The notes beneath the pieces are model-generated. The model saw nothing but the letters and a program-made list of their open reading frames with translations, was not told the DNA's origin and made no database searches. The position numbers and the translations under genes are program-made. A stretch of 64,000 nucleotides of DNA from Centroscyllium fabricii (Eukaryota): assembly GCA_051313645.2 (NCBI GenBank), contig JBNRSN020000009.1, positions 126,542,001 to 126,606,000 on the forward strand, given 5' to 3'. This document shows, in pieces, positions 1 to 11,565 of the stretch. Within the stretch, counting starts at the first letter, position 1. Each line of letters begins with the position of its first letter.

Positions 1-1167
1 TGGCAAAAACAGGAAGGCAGATTATTATTTGAATGGCAATAGATTGGGAGAAGGGGAAGTGCAACGAGACCTGGGTGTTCTTGTGCACCAGTCGCTGAAG
101 GTAAGCATGCAGGTGCAGCAAGCGGTGAAGAAGGCAAATGGTATGTTGGCCTTCGTACCGAGAGGGTTTGAGTACAGGAACAAGGATGACTTGCTGCAGT
201 TGTACAGGGCCTTGGTGAGACCACATCTTGAGAATTGTGTGCAGGCTTGGTTGAGGAAGGATGTTCTTGCCATGGAGGGAGTGCAGCTAAGATTCACCAG
301 GCTGATACCTGGGATGGCTGGAATGATGTATGAGGAGAGACTGGGTCGATTGGGCTTGTACTTACTGGATATAAAAGATTGAGAGGGGATCTCATCGAAC
401 CCTATAAAATTCTGTCAGATCTGGACAGACTAGATGCAGGAAGGATGTTCCTGATGGCCGGGGAGTCCAGACCCAGGGGTCACAGTCTAATGATTAGGGG
501 AAAGCCATTTAGGACACAGATGAGGAGGAATTTCTTCACCCAGAGAGTGGTGAACCTGTGGAATTCTCTGCCACAAAGGGTGGTGGAGGCCAATTCATTA
601 AATATATTCAAGAAGGAGTTGGATATATTCCTTAAGGCTAAAGAGATCAAGGGATATGGGCGGCACATTGGCATAGTGGTTAGCACTGTTGCCTCAGCAC
701 TGGAGACCCGGGTTCAAATCCAGGCTCAGGTACTATCTGTGTGGAGTTTGCACATTCTCCCCGTGTCTGCGTGGGTTTCCTCCGGGTGCTCCGGTTTCCT
801 CCCACAGTCCAAAGATGTGCGGGTTAGGATGATTGGCCATGATATATTGACCCTTAGTGTTAGGGGGATTGAATATGTGGGGTTACGGGGATAGGGTGGG
901 ATATGTGTCGGTGCAGACTCGATGGGGATCGAGGGATATGGGGACAAGGCAGGGACGGGGTACTGGGCTTGGATGATCAGCCATGATCTCATTGAATGGC
1001 GGAGCAGGTTTATATCCAGTAAGTACTCCTACTCCTATCTTCTATGTTTCTATGTAATGCAGGTACGGGGTACTGAATTTGGATGACCAGCCATGATCTC
1101 ATTGAATGGCAGAGCAGGCTCGAGGGGCCGAATGGCCTATTCCTGCTCCTATCTTCGATGTTTCCAT
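1..1167 (+). mobile_element. CR1/HER1-type LINE 3' fragment (degenerate RT C-terminus and 3' tail), interrupted by a SINE
   Basis: QRDLGVLVH, ALVRPHLE, RGDLIE, FFTQRVVNLWNSLP motifs. The 3' tail resumes at ~1055 after the SINE. Confidence 0.9.
658..1054 (+). mobile_element. HE1-like V-SINE (tRNA-derived head, V core, CR1-derived tail)
   Basis: A-box-like TGGCATAGTGG, B-box GGTTCAAATCC, V core GTGGAGTTTGCACATTCTCCCCGTGTCTGCGTGGGTTTCCTCCGG, tail CTATGTTTCTATG. Confidence 0.9.
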
Positions 1168-1430
1168 TTCAGATGATCCTATATAATGTGCACAAGCTTT
1201 TTTTTGTTGCTGATAATGGATAGAGGATAACTTTAAAGGGGCTCCCTGCACAGCAGCCTTTTATACTTGCACATGCTTCGGCAAACACGCTCGTGTGGTT
1301 TCTGCCATCAGCTGAACATACTGTGACCACCTCTGGATTATTTACCGTGAAAGGCTCCTCTGATATAAAAAGGTACACAGCAGTAATAAAGTCGTCCTCG
1401 CTGCTTCCCAGCCAGCAGTGCGACACATAC

Positions 1431-1631
1431 CTGGTTCTCGTGGCAGGGTCCCTGACAATATTCAGTTAAGCTCTCCAGCGTCTGGTTGATGAGTGCTACA
1501 TTCTTCTCGTTGATGTAGAGTCCCAGAAGGCCCAGCCCACCAGTGGTGCTGCCGCAGATGCAATCGAGGAACTGAAGCGTCTCGCAGACCAGGTTATAAT
1601 TAGCCTTGTTGTTTTGGCATCGCAAGAAGTT
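1431..1631 (-). CDS. ITPR1: ITPR1 coding exon (201 nt, phase 0/0): [67 protein letters not shown]
   Basis: Peptide matches the IP3 receptor RIH-associated region. Acceptor ctccag at 1637-1632, donor CAG|gtatgt at 1430. Continues in frame from the exon ending ...NRDLQ. Confidence 0.96.
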
Positions 1632-1879
1632 CTGGAGGTGAAAATCAGAAAAGTAATTAATATTCACAAGAATTTCCTGTTTTGACTTCACACGTTTCAG
1701 CGGGTGTTCAAGTTTAGAGGCGACTCCCTCCGTCACATTTGGAAAGAGTGTCACAGGGCTCAAAACAGTTATTAGTAAAAAGGAAAATAACTGAAGAAAC
1801 CAACAGACTTTTAAAAAAATCAATTAGGCTTTGGCATGGCGAAGTGATTAAAAGATCTTAATATTGTAACACTACTGGC

Positions 1880-2095
1880 CTGGCCAATATTTATCCCTCA
1901 GCTAACATCACTAAAACAGATTATCTGCTCGTCACATCATTGCTGTTTGTGGGAGCTTGCTGTGCGCAAATTAAAAGCCACCTTCCCCTACAATACAACA
2001 GTGACCACACTTCAAAAAGTACTTCACTGGCTGTAAAGCGCTTTGTGATGTCCTGAGGTCGTGAAAGGCGCTATATAAATGCAAGTCTTTTTTTT
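1880..2095 (+). mobile_element. DeuSINE (SacSINE1/AmnSINE1-like) 3' portion
   Basis: Recognisable TTGCTGTTTGTGGGAGCTTGCTGTGCGCAAATT...ACTTCAAAAAGTACTTCACTGGCTGTAAAGCGCTTT...AAAGGCGCTATATAAATGCAAGT. Confidence 0.75.
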
Positions 2096-2734
2096 CTCAC
2101 TAACATGGTAGCTAGACGGCACGATAACAATCAATCAAGAATACGGATTCGAATATGCTCAAACAGCAACGCTGCTCGAGAACATTTACATTTCGGCAAG
2201 TTACTTTTTTCATGGTAGAGAATGTTCTGATTATCTGCAGAATTGAAAGATCACTGGTTGGGCAACTGGTATTTACAGTTTAAACATTCCACTGTATCTA
2301 CTGTTAAAAATGCCTCGTCAGAAATGCCTGAAGGATTACAATAGGAGATTAGTTTATTTCTGGAGCGCTAAGTACTTAATTATTCTTCACTTCTTAATCT
2401 TTAGTTCATATGCCCAAATGATTTAATAAGCTGCAACACAAGATAAATCTCCAGCAGCAACTCATCATTTTTATTTGTTAATGTGGTGTTGAAGTATTAG
2501 TTTCCACTTCATGGTTTACAGGCCTGATGTGGCACTGCTGGAAATATTTTAAAACCGTGTTGCCCGTGCCCCAGTGTCCTCATGCATAGCTGCAGACCGT
2601 CACCCTCTGGCTGCTTAGTCTTCTTCACTGCTCATTTCTCACCCACGTGCGCTCCATGTATTCTCACTCTACCATTTCTATTTATTAGTTGTACTTCGTT
2701 TCCATTCTGTAGGATTTGTCTGTGAGAAGAGTGG

Positions 2735-2848
2735 CCAGTGGATCGGCCGGTTCCCGACCAGTGGATCGGCCAGTTACCGACCAGTGGATTGGCTGGTGGA
2801 TGACCAACGGATCGGCCGGAGGATGACCAGCAAGCGGCCGGCGGATGA
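2735..2848. repeat. Minisatellite, 5 diverging copies of a ~23-bp unit (CCAGTGGATCGGCCGGNNNNNGA)
   Basis: Units start at 2735, 2758, 2781, 2804, 2827. Confidence 0.85.
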
Positions 2849-4538
2849 CCAGTGATACCATGAATCCCTTCACACTTTTGAAAAGCCCCGGTGCTTGTGA
2901 TATAAACAAGAATACATGTCAGGAGAATGTGTGTCAGAAGCAGTGATGGCTCATGGAAACCAAATGGGACACAGCCAATACTAACATACGCATGAATGCT
3001 GCAAACGAGTACTGTATGTCATTTGTTTTTCCCCCCTGCATAATACACCCATTCCTAGCACGTAACTTCTGTACAAACCAACGTCAATTCTTTATAAATA
3101 CAATTAGGAAGCTCCGTGATATTTTAAAGTGATAGCTAATGAATAATTGTACATTTCATGACATTAATTCTGTGCTCCTGCGCTCGCCTTGCTCGCATGG
3201 GTTAGAGAATCAGCGTTGCAAATGTGGTTCCTCGCGAGGTGTGCGCGATTGCCCTACATAAGCCAAACACGAAGCGAGTTCTGCAAGAGAAAATGCAGCA
3301 AATACTTTGTTTCCGTTCCGTGAGGGAGTTAGCGATTCGTGCCCGTTCTCGCTGCCTCCATGTTGTGCATTTACAATACAAGCAGGCACGGATGTTTCTT
3401 TTCATCCGCCCGAATCATTCATTCATTCTTCCTGTTGGAACTTTTCCTTTTCCACCTCCGATTCCACAGTTTGCGCACTTAGAATTGGAGTCCTCTTTTT
3501 AGGCACTGTCTTAGCCCGTGATGCCCCATTTTCTGACACCGAAACACCTTTGCTTCATTTGGCCTAATATTTGTGCTCTTCAAGGTAAGGGATGTTGGAG
3601 CTGGCCACGTTGGCGCTGGCGACTGGACTGCTTCCTACTTCAGGCACTGTTTTAGTGTCAACATCAAACACTTCCAGGTCAGTACAGCCAAATCAGAGTA
3701 AAACTCCTTCTACTCAGCCCCAACCTCAATAGATTACCCCTGACTGCACCAGGGTGACCATTTATAATTCAGGTCACATTGTGCCAACCAGCTCACAGAG
3801 TTTAGTCCAACATTACATTTCAGACAGGTTGTTCGAAGTTTAAGTAATATTATCTTAACTTGGTGCCAACAAGTGTTACGATTCGTGCTTTTGAGGAGTA
3901 TAATTTTTGCTTTCAGTGTCTTACAGATTTTTCTGTGAATGCAGCTCCGAAAACCGAAAGTTTTTTCAGAGCGTCACATGACCCGAGTTGCGCCACAAGG
4001 ATGAGGATGAGGATTTTAATTTCAAGATGTTGCTGGACCTGAACAATGGGCTGAATGGTGTCCTACTAAGTGTTAATCATGTCTTGCTTGAAAAAAAAGC
4101 TTCCTGCTTTCAACCCTCAATTTGCCCTTCATTAATTTTGAACTGGTTCTATTTTCGCAGCATCATTTGAATGAATGTTCGGATTGACTTTTTTGGGGTA
4201 CTGTTTAGTATTGTATTTCTGTATAGGATTTCCTCTCAGGCCGAAGAAAATCTTTAATCCTCTGCTGATAAATATTAGCCTTGTGGGATGTTGGATGCCT
4301 CATGGCTTTGTTCTGCAGCACTTCCAGAGCTCGAGTGGTTCCCTTGTGTTATTTATGAAAGAAGCAGATGAAGAGCCGTTCCGTGCCTGCGCACTGGGCT
4401 GCCAATAGGGCAATGCGAATGCACTCTGGGCGCCATTCCGAAAACCGAAAAATCCCCAAAACCGAAACCCATCTGGTCCCAAGGGTTTCGGATAAGAGAT
4501 TGTGTACCTGTGCACATCTGTCTTAGCCCCAGGCCCAT

Positions 4539-4940
4539 GGGCGGCACGGTGGCATAGTGGTTAGCACTGTTGCCTTACAGCTCTGGAGACCCGGGTTCAA
4601 ATCCAGCCTCGGGTACTATCTGTGTGGAGTTTGCACATTCTCACCGTGTCTGCGTGGGTTTCCTCCGGGTGCTCCGGTTTCCTCCCATAGTCCAAAGATG
4701 TGCGGGTTAGGTTGATTGGCCACGATAAATTGACCCTTAGTGTTAGGGGCATTGAATATGTGGGGTTACGGGGATAGGGTGGGATATGTGTCGGTGCAGG
4801 CTCGATAGGGATCGAGGGATATGGGGACAAGGCAGGGATAGGGTACTGGGTTTGGATGATCAGCCATGATCTCATTGAATGGCGGAGCAGGCTCGAAGGG
4901 CCGAATGGCCTACTCCTGCTCCTATCTTCTATGTTTCTAT
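4539..4940 (+). mobile_element. HE1-like V-SINE, full length
   Basis: GGGCGGCACGGTGGCATAGTGG start, V core, CTATGTTTCTAT tail. Confidence 0.92.
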
Positions 4941-5928
4941 CCCAAAATCTGGGGACGGGGGGGGGGTCATCGGCATGGCGAGTGCCCACTCGGATTGGCG
5001 AACCAAAAAGGCTGATGCGGCACCATGCCACTCTGCTTGTGGACAGAAGGCCCAGTAAGGCCCAAGCAGAGAGTCCTCTTTGAGGTGTACATGCAGTGGG
5101 TGGGGAGGGAGACACGTTGAAGAGCCGCCATGGCATGACCCACTAGAATTTTAATGGCCAGCCTAAATGGAGCAGAATCCTGGTGGAACTGGATTACATG
5201 GACTTCCCATTCTCTCTGGCCCCAGGAATTTTGGGGCCCGTGATAAAAAGCAACTTTTGTCCAAGATTTAGCCTCCTGGACTCTGCCAAGATACAAACCA
5301 ACGTCATTCATAGAAATTCTATCCCAGCCTAACTCATTACTAGTCCACTTGTCTCACAACAAGCCACTCAATTCAAATACAAGCATTCCGTCTGATTTGT
5401 TCACCATATATTTGATTGGCAACTCGTTTTGAATTTAGCAATCATTTCAATTCTGCTTGGTTCTGGTCACCATTGCAATGGTATTAGCCTGTCATTTTCA
5501 AATTAGGGAGTTTATCTGGAGAGTTTAAAAGCTTCTATAGCTGGTGGGAAAAGGAAAAATAAACCACTATGCAAGAAAATTACTTGAATCATGGTTTTTG
5601 CACAACAATGGCAAGCTCTTTTTTTCACGATGCAAGGAACAGAACTACTATAAATCTGTATCTTCTGTAACGGCTACTATTTGCTTCTTTTATTAATGTT
5701 CAACAATTTGTTTGCTAATCTGCTAGTGTTATTCTACTACTTCCAAATACGAGCAGGTTCCAGTGATGGAATACGTTAAAATCAAAAGCTGAAATAATCA
5801 GAAACCAGTTTTTCTGTCTATTACCTGGGTGCAAATTTTACCTAGATATCAAGGTAAGAGAAAACTCTCTCTGGGACATAGAGAACCAAGGCTCACCTAC
5901 AACATTAATGGAAAACACAGAAGCCAAT

Positions 5929-6157
5929 TGTCATAAACCTTAGGATCCATGAGGTATGACTCATGAAGTAACAGTGGACGGCCAGCTGGTGGCGCTGTCC
6001 AAGGAGTATAAATACTCAGGCGTGGGCCCAGCTTGCCCAGAGACAATTTGGGAAACAGGATCGAGTGACTGCTAACTAGACCTCCATGTTTTGAAACAAG
6101 TCGATTAAAGCCTTGCTTTATGCTCAAACCAAGTGCAAAGTGAGTTTTATTACATCA
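5929..6157 (+). repeat. 5' LTR of Gypsy A (TATAAAT 6007-6013, ATTAAA 6104-6109)
   Basis: Direct repeat of 17128-17189 plus 20287-20453. Confidence 0.92.
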
Positions 6158-7304
6158 ATTTAATCGACTTGATATCGTCTCCATGCTCTGGGTGATTTTG
6201 GGAACAGCCAGCTACGACTCAAACCGTAGAAGGAAACTCAGACAAGTAACTGATCCATCATGGAGAAACTACTCAGACCTGCCCGTCTCGACCTGGACCC
6301 GAAAACACATGCAGCAGTTATGGAGACTCTGGTGTCCTACCTTAAGCAACTTCTTAGAGGAGTGTGGTGCGGCTGTTCCTAATAAGTTACGAATGCTTAT
6401 TAATTACGTATCCCCCCATGTGTTTGACTATATCGAAGACTGTGCAGACTATGATGCCGCTATCCAAATACTACAGCAGCTATATGTCAAGTCCACAAAC
6501 AAAATTCTTGCTTGGCATCTACTGGCCACAACTCGACAACAACCCGGGGAATCACTTGACGAATTCATTCAGAAACTTTGCAGCCTCAGCAAGGATTGTA
6601 ATCTTAAAGCTGTTACAGCTGAGCAGCATCAGAAGGAGTTAATCCGTGATTCCTTTATTAATGGGATTGTGTCTCCCTTCATAGGTCAGTGTCTGTTGGA
6701 AAATAAAACGCTCAATTTACAGGCTGCCTATGACCAGGCATGTTCTCTGGACTTCGCAAAGAGGATTGCAGATACCCATCTTTCACTGCGTGCACGGGCT
6801 GCTGCTGTCACTTTTAGAAACTCCTTCGATAGGCCTCGGGCGGAAGCCCTCACGGATGATGACTCCAACCTGGCTGATGACAACCCTACCCTAGAAGCTT
6901 TCACTGATGACAACCCTGCCCGAGCGATTTAGGAAGTTTCTTCTGCGGAGGTGCATTCCATTGTTGGAAGTTTTGTCCTGCTCGTAACGCAACCTGCAAT
7001 CATTGCAGCAAGAAAGGTCACTTTTCTAAAATAAGCGAGTCAAGAGCCTCTGTTAGCAAGAAAGGCCGCCTTTCTAAGGTCTACAGGTCGAGAGCTCCTG
7101 TTCATTTTGCAGCTGTTATCTATGAAACTGCTCTTCCCCCAAGAACCACAGCTGTCCAGGGTAAAATTGCCCCTCCTCCCATCACAGCTGTTTCCCCCCA
7201 AAGTCTGTCCCATGCAGCCACCCAGGTTTCGGTAAATGGACACATTCTGAGCGCACTAATCGACTCCTGCAGCTCTGACAGAATCATTAGTGAGTGGGCT
7301 GTCA

Positions 7305-7759
7305 TAGATAGAAACATAGAAGATAGGAGCAGGAGTAGGCCATTTGGCCCTTTGAGATCATGGCTGATCATCCAAACCCAGTACCCTGTCCCTGCCTTGT
7401 CCCCATATCCCTCGATCCCTATCGAGCCTGCACCGACAAATATCCCACCCTATCACTGTAACCCCACATATTCAATCCCCCTAACACTAAGGGTTAATTT
7501 ATCATGGCCAATCAACCTAATCCGCACATCTTTGGACTGTGGGAGGAAACCGGAGCACCCGGAGGAAACCCACGCAGACACGGGGAGAATGTGCAAACTC
7601 CACACAGATAGTACCCGAGGCTGGATTTGAACCCGGGTCTCTAGTGCTGTAAGGCAACAGTGCTAACCACTATGCCACCGTGCCACCCATTTGGAAGCAC
7701 TTTTCTGCCCCATGCTTCCCAAAACATCTCTTGTCTAAATGCTGGGAATTGCAATTGTA
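7305..7759 (-). mobile_element. HE1-like V-SINE (7305-7688) plus 71 bp of captured flank (7689-7759), inserted in Gypsy A protease
   Basis: Reverse-complement SINE. TSD GTCA at 7301-7304 and 7760-7763. The extra 71 bp match 57075-57145. Confidence 0.88.
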
Positions 7760-7832
7760 GTCAGTAAGTTAAAACTGTGTATTTACCCCTCGGACAGGAA
7801 AATTGCAATGGCTCTGACGACACTGACCACCA

Positions 7833-8344
7833 GTGACCACTGACCACTAGTTTTGGAGAGGGTGCAGAGGAGATTCACCAGGATGCTGCCTGGGCTGGGG
7901 AGCCTCAGCTATGAAGAAAGACTGGAGAGGCTGGGGTTGTTTTCCTTGGAGCAGAGGAGGCTGAGGGGGGACCTGATTGAGGTATACAGAATTATGAGGG
8001 GAATAGATAAGGTGGATGGAGTGGAACTTTTTCCCTTGGTTGAGGGGTCAATAACTAGGGGGCATAATTTCAGGGTAAGGGGCAGGAGGTATCGTGGGGA
8101 TGTGAGGAAGAACCTTTTCACCCAGAGGGTGGTTGGAGTCTGGAACTCACTGCCTGAGAGGGTGGTAGAGGCAGGAACCCTCAACATTCAAAAATCATTT
8201 GGATGAGCACTTGAAATGCCACAGCATACAAGGCTACGGACCAAATGCGGGAAAATGGGACTAGTATAGACTGGAATTGATGGGCGTCACGGACGCAATG
8301 GGCCGAAGGGCCTCTTTCTGTGCTGTATCACTCTATGACTCTAT
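7833..8344 (+). mobile_element. 5'-truncated CR1 LINE inserted in Gypsy A
   Basis: ERVQRRFTRMLPGL...WNSLP, tail (CTCTATGA)n, 14-bp TSD GACACTGACCACCA at 7819-7832 and 8345-8358. Confidence 0.9.
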
Positions 8345-10234
8345 GACACTGACCACCAATTCTGCTGGCTTTTGTCTTGTCGACCTTATTCTCAATGGCT
8401 GCATTTATTTCTCCACCTGGCTCGGGGTGCTCAAAAACCTATGCAGTGATATGCTCCTGGGACAGGATTTCCAGAAACAACACAAAAGACTCACTTTCAA
8501 GTTTGGAGGGTCAAAGCCGGAGCTTACTATTTCTAAGGTACCATTTTGTGCGCTTTTGGCATCTTCGCTCGGCGAGCCCTCCTTGTTTGCCAACCTTTCC
8601 CCCCGATGTAAGCCCATAGCCACTAAATCACGACGTTTCAGCCAAGTTGATCGATCCTTTATCGAGGCAGAAATCTCTCGCCTTCTAGCTGACGGTATCA
8701 TTGACCCATGTTCATCTCCCTGGCGGGCTCAAGTCGTCGTTAAAAAATCCTTTGAAGCAACATAAGAAACGTCTTTGCATCGATTACTCGCAAACTATTA
8801 ACCAATATACCGGCCTGGATGCCTATCCACTAGCCCGCATCGATGACATGGTCAATAGCCTTGTCAACAAGCACCCTAGAGAATATCTTAAATTGGTGGT
8901 ATTGAATTAATTTAAATTAATTAAAGGATAAGTCATGTCAGGACAGCCCAGCCCTGTGTTATGCTCCTCCTGCACTATGTGGGAATTCAGGGACGCTGCC
9001 GGTGTCCCTGACGACCATGTGTGCTGGAAATGTATCCAGCTGCAGCTACGATTAGGCCACATTGGGGTGCTGGCGCTGCGGATGGATGGGTTTTGGAGCA
9101 TTCGCGATGCTGAGGTCGTGGATAGCGCATTTAGTGAGTTGGTCACACCGCAGGTAAAGGCTGCACAGGCAGAAGGGAAATGGGTGACCATCAGGCGGAG
9201 TAGTAGAAGCAGGCAGGTAGTGCAGGTGACCCCTTTGGCCATCCCCCTCTCAATACCGATTTGGATACTGTTGAGGGGGGATGACTTACCAGGGGAAGGC
9301 AGCAGCAGCCAACTTCCTGGCACCAGGGGTGCTCCTGCTGCTCAGAAGGGTAGGAAAAAGAGTGGAAGAGCAATAGTGAGAGGGGATTCTATCGTAAGGG
9401 GAACAGATAGGCGTTTCTGTGATCGTAGACGTGACTCCAGGATGGTTTGTTGCCTCCCTGGTGCCACGGTCAATGATGTCACTGAACGGCTGCAGGGCAT
9501 TCTGAAGGGGGAGGGCGAACAGTCAGAGGTCGTGGTTCACATTGGTACCAACGACATGGGTAGGAAGAGGGATGAGGTCCTGCAACAAGAATTTGGGGAG
9601 CTAGGCAGCAGATTAAAAAGCAGGACCTCAAAGGTTGTAATCTCTGGATTACTCCCAGTGCCACGCGCTAGTGAGTATACGAATAGGAGGATGGAGCAGT
9701 TGAATGCATGGCTAAAGAGTTGGTGAAGGAGGGAGGGCTTTAGTTTCCTGGATCACTGGGTCTGCTTCTGGGGAAGGTGGGACTTGCACAAGTCGGACAG
9801 GTTGCACCTGAACCAGAACGGGACCAAAATCCTTGTGGGGAGGTTTGCTAGAACTGTTGGGGGGGGGGGTTAAACTAACTTGGCAGGGGGATGGGATATG
9901 GAGTGGAACTATAGTAGGGGGTGGTGCACAGCCAAATAGAGGAAAAAACAAGTCAGCTTGGAAGGCAGAGCAAATATGTAACGGCACAAGGGAGTAGGGC
10001 AAGGCTGGATGGCATTTATTTTAATGCAAGGAGTCTTGCGAATAAGGTGGATGAATTGAAGGTGTTGATGAACACATGGGAGTATGATATTGTTGCTAAC
10101 ACGGAGACATGGTTGAGGGAGGGGCAGGACTGGCAGCTTAATATTCCGGGGTATAGAATCTTCAGGTGAGACCAGGGGGGGGTAAAAAAAGTGTTGCAAT
10201 ATTAATTGAGGAGTCAATTACTGCTGTAAGGAGG

Positions 10235-11565
10235 TGGAGGTGCTGGTGTTGGACTGGGGTGGACAAATATAAGAAGTCACACAACACCAGGTTATAGTCC
10301 AACAGTTTTATTTGAAATCACAAGCTTTCGGAGCATTGCTCCTTCATCAGGTGTAAGAGAGATGCATATAAACACATATAAACATATGCTGGCCCAGAAA
10401 TTGCAGTGGAGCCTTCGTGCGGGTGCAGTACCTGCTTAACGCACTTTAATTGCCCATATTCAGTTTTGCTTTTTTGCGTGGCGGCCATCTTGAATGGTCT
10501 GCGCATGCGCAGAGGCCATTTTGAATGGTCTGCGCAGTGGCCATTTTGAATGATCTCCGCATGCGCGGCGACCATTTTGAATGGTCTGTGCATGGGCTCC
10601 CCGAACCTTCAGTGGTTCGGATTTTTCAGTGGTCCAGCACCGGCCTGGTCCTGAATTAACGGTGCACAACCTGTAATACACATCATATTGGGCCAGAAAT
10701 TGCAGTGGAGCCTTCGTGCGGGTGCAGTACCTGCTTAACGCACTTGAACTGCCCATATTCAGGTTTGCTTTTTTGCACTCAGAAATTGCAGTTAGCCTAG
10801 CCTGTCAGCTCCGTGCGAGCTTCACGGGCATCTGAACGGCATAATTAGTGCGAGATGGCTTTTGAGACCACGTGATTGGCAGGGAGCCAATCAGTGGAAC
10901 CAATTCTCCGTTCAAAACTTCCACTGAGAAATCTGTGCAAGTTCTGAAAGGAGAGATTGCCCAAAAGACATCTAAACACAAAAATTTAATTTTACAAACA
11001 CCACATTTTTTAAACATTACCCCAACTAACACAAATAACCTATTTTAAAGAAAAAATAAAAATTTACAGAAACATTTTTCAACTTCCAACAGGTCTAAAA
11101 AAACTTACCTGTCTTTAAAGTTATCAACAATTAAAAACCTGAAAAAACAACAATTAAAATCAATAAAATACACACTTACCAGATAAAAACTGGTGTTTAC
11201 GACTCCTATTTTCCAGCGTTGAATTTTCTGCTCTTGGTCCGTAGAAAAACTTTAAAAAATATCGGAATGACTGGATGATCCCGTAGTTCGCTGCTTCCTG
11301 CGCTGGACCTCGCAGGAAGCAGCAAACCCCCCCCACTGGGCGGCACAGGAAAACCCGAAGCGTGCGCTACCGGCTGCTTCCTGCGGGTTTAAGCTCTGGT
11401 GCGCTCACACCAGAGCTTAAACCCGATATGCGCAGACTGCAATTTCTGGGCCGCTGTGTTTATATGCATCTCTCTTACACTTGATGAAGGAGCAACGTTC
11501 CGAAAGCTTGTGACTTCAAATAAAACTGTTGGACTATAACCTGGTGTTGTGTGACTTCTTACATT
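10235..11565. mobile_element. Non-autonomous Penelope-type element: ~110-bp inverted arms, each with a hammerhead-like core
   Basis: Arms 10264-10375 and 11456-11567 are reverse complements. (C/T)TGATGA-AGGAGCAA..(C/T)TCC-GAAAGCTT core. 13-bp TSD TGCTGTAAGGAGG at 10222-10234 and 11566-11578. Confidence 0.7.
10391..11452. mobile_element. MITE with TIR GGCCCAGAAATTGCAGT (PIF/Harbinger-like)
   Basis: TIRs at both ends, 3-bp TSD GCT at 10388-10390 and 11453-11455. Confidence 0.75.

Noticed and set aside
658-730. tRNA-like A/B boxes here and at other SINE heads
   Set aside because: They are tRNA-derived SINE heads fused to V core and LINE tail, not tRNA genes.
1338-1823. 161-aa ORF as a standalone gene
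   Set aside because: Only 1431-1631 is ITPR-like and bounded by splice sites; the rest is intron read-through.
2735-2848. Regularly spaced repeats resembling a CRISPR array
   Set aside because: Head-to-tail tandem units with no unique spacers, no cas genes, vertebrate intron context.
4435-4511. Tigger-like terminal repeat (…GATTGTGTACCTG)
   Set aside because: No matching left TIR identified, so no element boundaries can be supported.
4597-5136. Recurrent ORFs of the type MRSWLIIQTQYP...CGRKPEHPEETHADTGRMCKLH, resembling a gene family
   Set aside because: Antisense translations of V-SINE copies.
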